Source of the DNA: a virus
Strand: one strand, 5' to 3'
Length of the DNA stretch: 64,000 nucleotides
IMG/VR virus record: IMGVR_UViG_3300045988_133913
Span: 1 to 64,000 of that record
Each line of letters opens with the position of its first letter. The first letter of the stretch is position 1. This document shows, one piece after another, positions 1 through 9,558 of this stretch. Below the pieces are notes generated by a model. That model was not told where the DNA came from and did no database searches. It saw nothing but the letters and a program-made list of their open reading frames with translations. A program made the translations under genes and the position numbers.

Positions 1-630
1 CCCGGCTATGAGTTTTCTATCTGGTCGGCAGAGCAGCTTTTGGGCTATTTCAACGAGGCGCTTTGTCTGATTGCAGCCAAGCGCCCGGATATGTTCACCG
101 TGCAGAAGATTGTCCCGGTCGATACTTGTAACCGCTACGTGGACGCCTGCGACTGCGTGAAGGTTCTGGATGTTCTGGGGCAATGCGACAAGAACGGCAA
201 GAACGTTCGCCCGGTGCAGCGGCGCAAGGAACGCGCGACGGTCTGGGCGCAGAACAAAAAGCACCAGAATTTCACTCGCGAGATTAGCTCCTACGAGTTG
301 TTGGAGAAGTCCAGCCTCATCAGGGTGTACCCGGCGAACCTCGACCCGACGGCAGAAATGTGGGTGCTGATTCGCTGCGCGGTAGAACCAAAGGCTTATT
401 CAATGACGGATGCAGCGCCCGATGAGCGCTGTGCGTTTTTGGCTGCGGCTTGCCAGTGGGTGCTACATCGCGCCAAAGCTATCGACGGCGAGTTTTCCCA
501 GACGATGAAAACGCAGAGCGATAGCCACGGAGATATGTTCGCCAAGATTCTGAACATGACCGAACAGAGCGATAACGACTACGATGAGAAGTACCGGGGC
601 TACCCCGCACCGGCGAACAAGCGGGGTTGA
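1..630 (+). CDS. hypothetical protein, 5' end outside window (reading frame is open from nt 1 to the stop at 630)
   Basis: Frame 1 has no stop from position 1. The ORF-track start at 40 is a TTG. It lies in a + strand run of virion genes. Confidence 0.4.
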   Translation, partial: PGYEFSIWSAEQLLGYFNEALCLIAAKRPDMFTVQKIVPVDTCNRYVDACDCVKVLDVLGQCDKNGKNVRPVQRRKERATVWAQNKKHQNFTREISSYELLEKSSLIRVYPANLDPTAEMWVLIRCAVEPKAYSMTDAAPDERCAFLAAACQWVLHRAKAIDGEFSQTMKTQSDSHGDMFAKILNMTEQSDNDYDEKYRGYPAPANKRG

Positions 631-730
631 TACCGATGCGCAGAAATGAGCATCGGAGTAAAATCAACAACTTATAAGCACTAAGAGGACACTCGGCTGA
701 AAAATCAGCTCAGTAGAAATTGGAGAAAAA

Positions 731-1144
731 ATGAGCGAAATCAAAATATTCGACGCCCCGCTTGGAATGGGGCGTTACTGCATCATAGACGAGGAAAAGG
801 AAGCCGAGGCGCTGTGCAAGCAGACCGGGATTGACCTGCGGTTACTGGGGCGACTGGACTACGCAGGGCAGGTGATGACGTTTGTCAAAGACGGGGAATG
901 GCTGGTCGTCGCCCGCATCGCTCACCACGGTGAGACGATGGGAGACGTCCTCTCAACTGTGTTGCACGAGTGTGTTCATGTGGTGCAGCACTTGATAGCA
1001 AACATCGATGATAAAGAGCCGTCTCGCGAGTTTCAGGCGCGACTTTCCGAGGAGGTGATGATGAACTTGGTTAAGGAATATTTCCGCCACAGAGAGGCGT
1101 TTACACAGTTTCTTGCAACCCCTAACGAAACGCCGGAGGAATGA
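731..1144 (+). CDS. small protein with HExxH motif (HECVH), possible zinc metallopeptidase fold (SprT/ImmA-like)
   Basis: ATG with GGAG 6 nt upstream. HECVHVVQH motif is present. Its stop overlaps the next start (ATGA). Confidence 0.45.
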   Translation: MSEIKIFDAPLGMGRYCIIDEEKEAEALCKQTGIDLRLLGRLDYAGQVMTFVKDGEWLVVARIAHHGETMGDVLSTVLHECVHVVQHLIANIDDKEPSREFQARLSEEVMMNLVKEYFRHREAFTQFLATPNETPEE

Positions 1145-1740
1145 TGCTATTCGGACAAGAAACCAGACCCATCGCCGACTTCCTGCCGCGCATCTTGGCG
1201 CACATAGACGGTGTGGACGAGGAGATGGTCGCTACCCTCGCGATGGATGCGGTCATTCAGTTCGCGCGCGATAGCCAGATACTCTCCGAAGTTGTCTGCG
1301 TAACCTTAGAGCCGTGCATCGAAAGCTACAAGTTGCACACCCGGCTGCGCCCCTACGAGGTGCTGGCGATTCGCGTGTTTTCGCATGGTCGGGAGCAACC
1401 ACTCCATACGTCTGCGATTGCGGTGGACAGGGATTTCAAAACGCTGTACGTGCAGCCTAACTACTGTACCGGCGATAACCAAGTGGAGGTCGAGTTCTCT
1501 GTCGTACCTGAACGGGACAGCGAGGAAGTGCCTGCGGTAATTTACGAGGACTGGGTAGAGCCTGTGGTCGCTTACACGCTGGCGCGTCTGCACAGCCAGC
1601 CGGATAACCAGTGGTACAACGTGGGCGAAGCAGACCGTCAGATGAGGCTGTATCAGGAGTTCGTGCGCAAGGCGCGGATAAACCGCATCAGCCGTGGGCG
1701 TCCGTTGCAGATGCGCCTTGCCGGACGGCGGGAGTTGTAG
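1141..1740 (+). CDS. hypothetical protein
   Basis: 199-aa ORF, translationally coupled to the upstream gene. Confidence 0.5.
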   Translation: MMLFGQETRPIADFLPRILAHIDGVDEEMVATLAMDAVIQFARDSQILSEVVCVTLEPCIESYKLHTRLRPYEVLAIRVFSHGREQPLHTSAIAVDRDFKTLYVQPNYCTGDNQVEVEFSVVPERDSEEVPAVIYEDWVEPVVAYTLARLHSQPDNQWYNVGEADRQMRLYQEFVRKARINRISRGRPLQMRLAGRREL

Positions 1741-1851
1741 TATATTAGTCAAATCCAGTGAAGCGGATGGTAATAAACAGTCGTTATGGCGGGGTGAGCG
1801 TTTTCCGAATAGCGCTGCTTCACCGCCCCGCCGCCATTATTCGGAGTTTCC

Positions 1852-2550
1852 ATGAATCTTATTTCTTTACAACAAGCCACCATGACTAGCTTGGATATAG
1901 CTAACTTGGTGGCTTCTCGGCACGATAATGTGCGCGTGTCTATCGAACGCCTTGCCGAACGCGGCGTTATTCAACTTCCGCCAATGCAGGAAGTTGAAAA
2001 CAAACAAGCCACTAGCCCAAACAGCAAAAGTAAGGTCTATGTATTTTCTGGCGAACAAGGTAAACGTGACAGCATTGTTGTGGTAGCTCAGCTTTCCCCA
2101 GAGTTCACGGCGCGCCTTGTGGACCGTTGGCAAGAACTAGAGAAAGCCACAGGTACATACCAAATCCCGCAGACCTACCCCGAAGCACTCCGCGCCTACG
2201 CTGATGAGCTGGAAGCTCACGAGAAGACCAAACAGGCACTCGAAGCTGCGAAACCAAAAGCCGAATATTTCGATAATCTTGTTTCCCGAAACCTGTTGGT
2301 AAACATCCGAGACACCGCGAAGGAGCTGCGGGTCAAGCAGAACGAGTTTGTGAATTTCTTACTAGGAAACGGTTATCTGTACCGCGACCAGAAAGGCAAG
2401 CTGCGACCATACGCACAGCACACACCAGCGCTGTTCGAGGTCAAGGAATTTACTCGCGGGGAGTATTCGGATGTGCAGACCTTGGTTACTCCAACAGGGC
2501 GTGAGACCTTCCGCTTGCTGCTACAAGTGCCAACGCTAGAAAATAAATGA
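1852..2550 (+). CDS. Rha-family phage regulatory protein / antirepressor (N-terminal Rha-like region, C-terminal KilA-C-like region)
   Basis: N-terminal ...DIANLVASRHDNVRVSIERL... matches the Rha signature. GGAG sits 6 nt upstream of the ATG. Confidence 0.6.
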   Translation: MNLISLQQATMTSLDIANLVASRHDNVRVSIERLAERGVIQLPPMQEVENKQATSPNSKSKVYVFSGEQGKRDSIVVVAQLSPEFTARLVDRWQELEKATGTYQIPQTYPEALRAYADELEAHEKTKQALEAAKPKAEYFDNLVSRNLLVNIRDTAKELRVKQNEFVNFLLGNGYLYRDQKGKLRPYAQHTPALFEVKEFTRGEYSDVQTLVTPTGRETFRLLLQVPTLENK

Positions 2551-2580
2551 TTACTGTTTATATTTTATAGGAAATTTGTC

Positions 2581-2829
2581 ATGAAAGAAGTAGTAAGCCT
2601 TGGTTCCCTGAAAACCGTAGAAGAAGCGTTCGATGTAACGCGCACGGATATGCACGACCTGCTAGAGGGCGGTTTGCTCTTGTTCGAGGAAGCAATGGTT
2701 GCCATGTCTATGGAACGTGGTTTGCCGTGCGCAAAAGTGTTTTCTTCTGAGCGTGGAGTGTATTGGGTGTTTGACAGCGAGCTTGTTCTTTCTGAACTAA
2801 ATGAACGGTTTGGGTTAAGCATAAGGTAA
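2581..2829 (+). CDS. hypothetical protein
   Basis: 82-aa ORF with GGAA upstream. It is co-oriented with its neighbours. The antisense 97-aa ORF is rejected. Confidence 0.35.
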   Translation: MKEVVSLGSLKTVEEAFDVTRTDMHDLLEGGLLLFEEAMVAMSMERGLPCAKVFSSERGVYWVFDSELVLSELNERFGLSIR

Positions 2830-2833
2830 ATTA

Positions 2834-3067
2834 GTGGCTGATTATTCTTTTGACACAACCGGGTTTAAGTCTTTACCAGCTTATACGGGAATACCGTTTG
2901 ATGCCAAACCGTATAATTACTGGCTTACTTGGGAATCCCGTGCCAAGCGATTATCCTCTGAGATGGGGTTTATCGCAATAAAAGTTTACCAGCCAAGCGG
3001 GTCAGATTTATTTAACTGCCATTTGTTCCACACGGACGTGCTTGCGGTGTTAAACATGAAAGACTAA
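2834..3067 (+). CDS. hypothetical protein
   Basis: 77-aa ORF immediately followed by a strong terminator. Confidence 0.4.
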   Translation: MADYSFDTTGFKSLPAYTGIPFDAKPYNYWLTWESRAKRLSSEMGFIAIKVYQPSGSDLFNCHLFHTDVLAVLNMKD

Positions 3068-3078
3068 CCTGCTACAAT

Positions 3079-3113
3079 AGCCCAACCCTTTAATTGGTTG
3101 GGCTTTTTGTTTG
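3079..3113 (+). terminator. rho-independent terminator
   Basis: AGCCCAACC-ctttaatt-GGTTGGGCT forms a 9-bp stem. It is followed by TTTTTGTTT. Confidence 0.65.
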
Positions 3114-3128
3114 CCCACGGAGAACCTC

Positions 3129-4313
3129 ATGAGCCTTGATTGCAAGAAACCGAAAGTCTGTACCCCGACCCCAGAGCCGCCTCCGCACCCGCCTACTCCG
3201 CCCTTCGAGGTGTGCATCGCGATGGATTACAAGCTCACGTGGGACGGGACACACGCGACCCTTGAGCGGGTAACTACTACGCCAGACGGGTCGTACACCA
3301 TGTTCAACGTGGTAAACGGCTGTATCGTCAATCCCGGCGTGGGCGACATCCCGACCTACACCCCACCTTACTGCAACCCGAACCCCGGCGACTGCCAGCA
3401 GGGCGGCGGTGCAGGTGGCACGGTGCGCATCTCCAACCAATCCGGCAACACCATTATCAACAACGGTGACGGGCTGTATGCCCGCTGCTACGTGCAGGCT
3501 GGACCGGGCATCGTGGTAGTGGGCGTCGGTACGGTGTACGACCCTTATGTGATTTCTGGCGGCACGAGTGGTGGCGGGATTGTAAACGTCGTCGGGCGCG
3601 ACGGTATCAACGCTACGGTGGACGAAAACAAGGTAGCCTACGTGGGGATGACGCCTACCGGGGTTACGCCCGGCACGTTCCGGGGTCTGACTATCGGTGT
3701 GGATGGGCGGGTGTACAGCTACGACCCCAATCTGGACGGCGCAGGCGTTCGTGCAGGTCGCGGACTAGAGAGCCACAACGAGCAGGACACGCTGGTTATC
3801 GAACACCCGTCACAGCAAGTTTCGGGCAGTATCGACGTCGGCGGCTGGCGGCTTTCCCACAACGATTCCGGGCATTTGCAGCAGGCACAACAGCTTGCTG
3901 CCCCCGTAGCAGACGGGTGCTACATGGTTGGCGGGACAGAGATTTGTTTTACCAACGGCATCGCGACCAGCGTCGGCGCAGGCAACGGCGGCGGGGGTGG
4001 TGGCGGCGGAAACAACGGCGTGCCTGCACCCGGTGCGCTACGCGATATGATTCGTGTGGACTTGGCTTCCACCGGGGCGACCGGAACGCGCATCGAATAT
4101 TTCGGGCAGCGGCTTCAGTTGACCTTCGATAACCCCGGTCAGCTACGGGTGCAGATTCCTAGCTATGTGACCGACATCAGTCAGGTTAGCGCCAATTCCA
4201 CGGCGGGAAATTGCACCGCATCCATCGACCCCGGTTCGGGCAATCTGGTGGTTCGCTACGGTGGGCAGGCTTCTGTGGATGCCCAAGTTATCACAATAGC
4301 GTTTAGGGGCTGA
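3129..4313 (+). CDS. Gly-rich beta-structure protein, tail fibre/spike-like
   Basis: Start moved to ATG 3129, which has GGAG 6 nt upstream. The ORF-track start at 3111 lies inside the terminator T-tract. It contains poly-Gly (GAGNGGGGGGGGNNG) and G/T/V-rich repeats. Confidence 0.5.
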   Translation: MSLDCKKPKVCTPTPEPPPHPPTPPFEVCIAMDYKLTWDGTHATLERVTTTPDGSYTMFNVVNGCIVNPGVGDIPTYTPPYCNPNPGDCQQGGGAGGTVRISNQSGNTIINNGDGLYARCYVQAGPGIVVVGVGTVYDPYVISGGTSGGGIVNVVGRDGINATVDENKVAYVGMTPTGVTPGTFRGLTIGVDGRVYSYDPNLDGAGVRAGRGLESHNEQDTLVIEHPSQQVSGSIDVGGWRLSHNDSGHLQQAQQLAAPVADGCYMVGGTEICFTNGIATSVGAGNGGGGGGGGNNGVPAPGALRDMIRVDLASTGATGTRIEYFGQRLQLTFDNPGQLRVQIPSYVTDISQVSANSTAGNCTASIDPGSGNLVVRYGGQASVDAQVITIAFRG

Positions 4314-4314
4314 T

Positions 4315-5952
4315 ATGCTGGCATGGGAGAGCTATGAGTTCGCGGGCATCGTCCCGCGCCTGCGCAAGAAGCAGTTGCCGAAGGGCTATGCTACCGTCGC
4401 TCACAACGTGGACTTAACCCACGGCAGCATCAAGGCGTTTCTGGAACAGCGACACATCAAGCAGGTGGACGCAAACATGGTGCGGCTGTACGTCTGGGGT
4501 TGCGATATTCTCGTCTGGGACAAGTGTGTCGATGTTGCCGAATGGTTACCCGACTGCCCGCGCCTGTTCGTGACCGGGAACGCCGATTATCCGCAGGTGC
4601 TAACCAGCGAGAACAAGCGTCTGGTTTATCGGCGTCTAGGTGTGCCAGCCCCGCAGGGCGCACCAGTCGCCCGCGCGAACAACGTGGACACCGACCGCTC
4701 GCGTGCGGTGGCGTACATCGTGACGTTCGTGAACAGCTTTGGCGAGGAGAGCGGACCATCCAATCCCAGTAACGACGTGGTTATCGAAGATGGGCAGCAG
4801 GTGCAGCTCACTTTTCGTTACAACCCGCCCATCGAGTACGACATCAAGAAACTGCGGATTTACCGCCGCGAGACGGGCTTCCGTACCGGGCTGGAGAAGG
4901 AGCAGGAGCTGGAGACCCATTGGTTCTTCCTGACCGAGCTGGATGCCAACGCGCGTGAATTTACCGATACCACGAGCATCATCAATCTGGGGTGGGCGTT
5001 CGAGGGACTGGACACACGCGAGCCACCTGTCAAACTCCAGAACATCACGGCAATTCCTTCCACGGCGATTCTTGCCGGAAGCGTGCAGAACAAACTGCTG
5101 TTCAGCCGCAACCTTCAGCCGCACAACTGGATGCTCTCGCAGGAGATGACGCTGGACGACAACATCATCGCGCTGGGTGCTATCGGCAACAGCCTGTATG
5201 TGGCGACAGACGGACACCCCTACCGGGTGCAGGCAGACGTCGGTTGCGATAGCCGCGACTGTCGAGCGGTGCATAAATACACCCAGTCATTCCCGATGAT
5301 TAACTGCCACGTCGGGCAGGGGGCGATAACCACGCCGTTCGGCTTTATCTACGCCAGCACCGACGGACTAGTCATGCTGAACGAAGCCGAACAGCCACGG
5401 GTGATTACCAGCGAGGTGTTGTCACAGGACGACTGGCGGCAGCTTGCGCCCCAGACTGCACGACTGGCTTACCATAAAGGCGCGTTGTTTGTAGTCACAG
5501 ACAACATCAGCTTCATGCTGTGGCTGGACGGAAACACTTACGCCGACACCAAATACAAGAAAATGGTGACGATTTCAGACGAACCCGTTGATATGTTTAC
5601 CACCAGGCAGGGCGAGCTGGTGATGCTGTTCCGCGACGGTACGGTTAGCCAATGGAACGCGGGCAACCGCCTGCGCCCATACAAGTGGCTGTCGGCAATT
5701 ATTGATACCGGGTTTTTGTTCGACCTGACCCGGTTGCGCGCGAGAGTGCAAGACCACGACACAGAGATTAGCATCATCTCTGACCGCGCCCAGATTTCAA
5801 GGAGGTTTCCCGTAGGTGATACCAATATCCCCTTCGGGCGGCATGGACGCCGACCTGAATTTACGATACTGGCGGAAGGAACGGGGGAGATAACCGAGAT
5901 TGTCGCCGGGGTTTGTGTGATTGATATGGGGACAAAGGAGACACCGAAATGA
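4315..5952 (+). CDS. hypothetical virion protein (545 aa)
   Basis: Long ORF tightly packed inside the structural gene run. AGGGG RBS. Confidence 0.5.
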   Translation: MLAWESYEFAGIVPRLRKKQLPKGYATVAHNVDLTHGSIKAFLEQRHIKQVDANMVRLYVWGCDILVWDKCVDVAEWLPDCPRLFVTGNADYPQVLTSENKRLVYRRLGVPAPQGAPVARANNVDTDRSRAVAYIVTFVNSFGEESGPSNPSNDVVIEDGQQVQLTFRYNPPIEYDIKKLRIYRRETGFRTGLEKEQELETHWFFLTELDANAREFTDTTSIINLGWAFEGLDTREPPVKLQNITAIPSTAILAGSVQNKLLFSRNLQPHNWMLSQEMTLDDNIIALGAIGNSLYVATDGHPYRVQADVGCDSRDCRAVHKYTQSFPMINCHVGQGAITTPFGFIYASTDGLVMLNEAEQPRVITSEVLSQDDWRQLAPQTARLAYHKGALFVVTDNISFMLWLDGNTYADTKYKKMVTISDEPVDMFTTRQGELVMLFRDGTVSQWNAGNRLRPYKWLSAIIDTGFLFDLTRLRARVQDHDTEISIISDRAQISRRFPVGDTNIPFGRHGRRPEFTILAEGTGEITEIVAGVCVIDMGTKETPK

Positions 5953-6386
5953 CCTACCAGATTGTGAGAATGCCGACAGACCAAGAAGAACTCTCGCAGA
6001 TGATGGAGGAGTATGTACCGTTCCTGAACGCGATGTACACACCTCATGAGCGGGCGATGTTTGGGGATATAGACTTCGCGATGAGCTACTGGTTTATGTT
6101 GTGGGATACCGGGGCGGGTTACTTCCTGACCCGGCGTAACCCCGCAGGCGAGCTGGTGTTTCTGGCGATGGTTACGAAATACCAAGACCTCTGGAATGGC
6201 AAGTGGCGCATGGAAGTCCACCGCACGGCGGTATCCAGTGCACCGGGGATTGATGGGCAGCACGAAGTGCAGGCAGCGCTGGATTACCTGAAGCAGAACA
6301 GTGGTCTGTTGCAGTTTGACCGCCTGTATTTCACGAACTACTACGAAGACGGCACGGAAGAAAAGCGATTAGTCTGGAAGGTGTGA
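5949..6386 (+). CDS. hypothetical protein
   Basis: 145-aa ORF with GGAG RBS and an ATGA overlap. Confidence 0.45.
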   Translation: MTYQIVRMPTDQEELSQMMEEYVPFLNAMYTPHERAMFGDIDFAMSYWFMLWDTGAGYFLTRRNPAGELVFLAMVTKYQDLWNGKWRMEVHRTAVSSAPGIDGQHEVQAALDYLKQNSGLLQFDRLYFTNYYEDGTEEKRLVWKV

Positions 6387-6387
6387 G

Positions 6388-7284
6388 ATGCCACGCTCTG
6401 ACAATGACGGGATGAACTTCGACGACCTGTTCGGCAAGTGGGGCGGGAAGCCTGACAAGAACGGGAAGAAGAAAGATACGACGCCGAAAGTTCCGGCGGA
6501 TAACCCTGCGTGCAAAAACACCGGGGTCACGGATGAAGGGATAGAGCAGTCTTCCCGCTGGAAGTCCATGCTGTCTGCCGCCATCATGGCGTACAACACA
6601 TGGAATAGCCTGCGCATGGCGAAGTTGCAGCGCGACCTCGCCAGAAAATATTTGCAGATGAGCAAAGACCATCGCAAGTATTACAACGACCGCTTCAAGC
6701 CGCTGGAGAAAGACCTCACCAAAGAAGCGCTGAAGCTGAAGAAGTATGAGCGCGACAAAGAGCCGCTTTATACCGGGCAGATGCTGGTAAGCGTGCGGGG
6801 GAAGAACGCGGGTCAGATTGACAAGGCGGTGTCCTGTACGGGGCGCTACTGCACCGGGCAGCGAGCAGCCATCATAACCGACCAGCTCCTCAAGCAGGCG
6901 ACCCAAGAGAGCCTCGCTGCGGGCATGGCGCATCGCTACACGGACAAGGAAGAAATCGTCCACAACAATCTGCGGTGGGACAAGCGCGAACAAGTGCTGA
7001 AAATCGGGCGCGACATCCCGGCGCAGGCGTCCAGCTTTGCTCAGCTCGCCGCTGGAATTTTCGGCGACCTCGGCACGCAGGCTGGCAAGGCAGCGGAAGG
7101 CGCGATGAGTTTTATCGCCTACGAGAGCAACCGTGCGCAGACACAGTACCCACCGCGACGGGGGGATATGCAGGTGAGCAGCTACCGCTACAATCCTACA
7201 CCGCTTGAGGAGTTCAAGCCGAAGCCGCCGGATGTGTACGTGAAGCCGGAAGAACCGACGCAGACCATAAAAGTGATGGGGTGA
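6388..7284 (+). CDS. hypothetical virion protein, paralog of 7288-8211
   Basis: C-terminal block AAGIFGDLGTQAGKAAEGAMSFIAYESNRAQTQY aligns with AAGLFGDYAKAMGNVASGAMAFSGYVNNRMQTEY in the next gene. Confidence 0.5.
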   Translation: MPRSDNDGMNFDDLFGKWGGKPDKNGKKKDTTPKVPADNPACKNTGVTDEGIEQSSRWKSMLSAAIMAYNTWNSLRMAKLQRDLARKYLQMSKDHRKYYNDRFKPLEKDLTKEALKLKKYERDKEPLYTGQMLVSVRGKNAGQIDKAVSCTGRYCTGQRAAIITDQLLKQATQESLAAGMAHRYTDKEEIVHNNLRWDKREQVLKIGRDIPAQASSFAQLAAGIFGDLGTQAGKAAEGAMSFIAYESNRAQTQYPPRRGDMQVSSYRYNPTPLEEFKPKPPDVYVKPEEPTQTIKVMG

Positions 7285-7287
7285 TAA

Positions 7288-8211
7288 ATGAGCGGATTAC
7301 CAGTCGTTGTAACCACCGGTAGGCTTGAGCGGGTAAATGACGTTTCCATCAAGGCGTTCCCTTGCCCGAAGGTAAACGACAAGGGGCTGACGGGAGCTTG
7401 GTGGTGGGCAGATAAAATCGCCATCGCGGTTGCGCTATGGGCTACCTACGAGACATGGAAGGCGGCGAAGGAAGAATACAAAATCGGCAAGGACTACTAC
7501 GACCTTGCGAAAGAACAATGGGATTTCTTCCTCGAAAACTACCGCCCGCTGGAAGACCAAGAGCTGTCAGAGATATGGGCAGAGCCTCCCTACGAGCCAG
7601 ATTACCCCAAATCCATCGCAGGGCATACCAACACCATAGACAAGGTTTTCGCCGCCGCAGAACGTCATAGGAGCGCCCTCACGGATAAATATTGCGTCTG
7701 CCCCGACGTGTCGATGTTCACCAAGACCGACATCATGAAATCAACCGTGCGCGGCGACTCTGATAACTTCGGTCGTCGCTACGCCGAGAAGCTGGCGCAG
7801 GAGAAGAACGACATCCGCTGGCAGCGACGCATATCGACCGCCAGTCGTGGACGCAACCTGCTATCCGAGAGCGCCTCCCTCGCCAGCAAGGCGGCAGGGC
7901 TGTTCGGGGACTATGCTAAGGCGATGGGCAACGTAGCATCAGGGGCAATGGCGTTTTCCGGCTACGTGAACAACCGGATGCAGACGGAATACAACCCGGT
8001 GCGCCAACGCATCAACGCCCGTGCTGATGTGCCGAATACTTACCGGGGATTCGACGCACAGGCTTACTGGGGCGACGGCAGCCGGATGCTGGAGAACACT
8101 CCGCGCGGGGGCATTTCGTGGCAGCAAGCGGAAGCCAACGCACCCTACGATGGCGCGGGTGGGGTTGCAGGTTACGACCCGACAGGATATGCTTCCGCTT
8201 CAATGAGATAA
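7288..8211 (+). CDS. hypothetical virion protein, paralog of 6388-7284
   Basis: Shares the same C-terminal block. GGGGTG RBS. Confidence 0.5.
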   Translation: MSGLPVVVTTGRLERVNDVSIKAFPCPKVNDKGLTGAWWWADKIAIAVALWATYETWKAAKEEYKIGKDYYDLAKEQWDFFLENYRPLEDQELSEIWAEPPYEPDYPKSIAGHTNTIDKVFAAAERHRSALTDKYCVCPDVSMFTKTDIMKSTVRGDSDNFGRRYAEKLAQEKNDIRWQRRISTASRGRNLLSESASLASKAAGLFGDYAKAMGNVASGAMAFSGYVNNRMQTEYNPVRQRINARADVPNTYRGFDAQAYWGDGSRMLENTPRGGISWQQAEANAPYDGAGGVAGYDPTGYASASMR

Positions 8212-8223
8212 GGGGACGAAATA

Positions 8224-9555
8224 ATGTACATACCAGATTTATTCGGCGCGTTCATGAAAGGCAAGGAATATGCTAACGACCGTAACTGGAATGACCTCAA
8301 GCAGTATGAAGCGGTAGAAGCCGCTCGCAACGCCAACGACCTTTCCTCGCTGGATATTCTGGGGCAGCGGGCGCAGTTCGGTGGCAAGATGAGTGTTTTC
8401 CAGAACAACGTGGATAACTCCGCACGGGCAAACGAGGTTGCCGAAGCCGCGCAGCCGGGGCTACTTGCCAACGCCAGCACAGGTAGCATGATTCAGATGG
8501 ACCAGCGCAGCGCGTTTATGAACAACCGCGACGATTACCAGACCATGCTGAACAACACAGCCCAAGCCAATATCGGTAAGGGCATCGACGCGGCGGCGGT
8601 GCAGATGGGCGCTAACGATTACCTGACGCCTGAACGTGCCGCGCAGATGGGTGGCTGGCGCGGGGAGGACATTTACAACACGGCGATGTCCAACAACATC
8701 ACCACAGGTCATGCGCCAACGGTTGCCGCGCAGGGCGTCGTAACGAATGACAAGCTGTACGATAATAATCTGCTAGGCTTGGACTACGACCGTGATGTGC
8801 TGGAAGGGAATATCAAACGCCAGCCCGTAATCGGTGCTATTAAAGACCGCAACGCCGCCAACCAGTACGCCGACGCGAACACCTACCTGACCGACAAGGC
8901 GAAGTTAGTGCAGCGAGAGAACCAGCGCCAGCGACAAGGGCTTCTGAACACGATTAGCAACCTCCAGCGCCAGCGTGCAGCATTTGCCGCCGACCCGATG
9001 ATGGCAGGGCAGGTGCAGGAACTCACGCAACAGATAGCCGAGTATCAGGCAGAGCTTCAGCGACTGACTGGGGGCGAAACAGCGGATGTGTACATCACCG
9101 CGCCGGGTCAGGCGATGGCGACGGTGCGCAGCCTCGTGCCGGGCGGGCAGGTGTACCAGCAGGGGGTTGGTCCGCGACCCCTGCAAGGACAGGTCATCAT
9201 GCCGCCCCCGCAGCCTGCGCAGCAGCCCGTGCAACAACCCCAATCCGCACCGCAAGCCGCTATTGACCCCAAAGTTCATTCGCAGAACGTGGAAGCCAAG
9301 ATGGCGTACGTTGCCGACAAGCAGGCGCAGGGTACGTATGACCCGAACGAAGTCATCATGATTGACGGTGTCCCTTACACCGCAGGGCAGCTTGTGTACC
9401 TCCAGAACGTTCAGCCTAGTATGACAAGCACCGTAGCAGAAGGGGTATCTATGGGGCTGCTAGGGCCGGTGGGTTACGCCAGCCAGTATTTGCTCGGGAC
9501 TAATCCTGCGTATGCCCGGCAAATCGCGGCGGCACGTGCAGCAGCGGGGCGGTAA
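8224..9555 (+). CDS. hypothetical virion protein (443 aa, Q/P-rich C-terminal region)
   Basis: Long ORF in the structural run with a GGGG RBS. Confidence 0.5.
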   Translation: MYIPDLFGAFMKGKEYANDRNWNDLKQYEAVEAARNANDLSSLDILGQRAQFGGKMSVFQNNVDNSARANEVAEAAQPGLLANASTGSMIQMDQRSAFMNNRDDYQTMLNNTAQANIGKGIDAAAVQMGANDYLTPERAAQMGGWRGEDIYNTAMSNNITTGHAPTVAAQGVVTNDKLYDNNLLGLDYDRDVLEGNIKRQPVIGAIKDRNAANQYADANTYLTDKAKLVQRENQRQRQGLLNTISNLQRQRAAFAADPMMAGQVQELTQQIAEYQAELQRLTGGETADVYITAPGQAMATVRSLVPGGQVYQQGVGPRPLQGQVIMPPPQPAQQPVQQPQSAPQAAIDPKVHSQNVEAKMAYVADKQAQGTYDPNEVIMIDGVPYTAGQLVYLQNVQPSMTSTVAEGVSMGLLGPVGYASQYLLGTNPAYARQIAAARAAAGR

Positions 9556-9558
9556 GTT

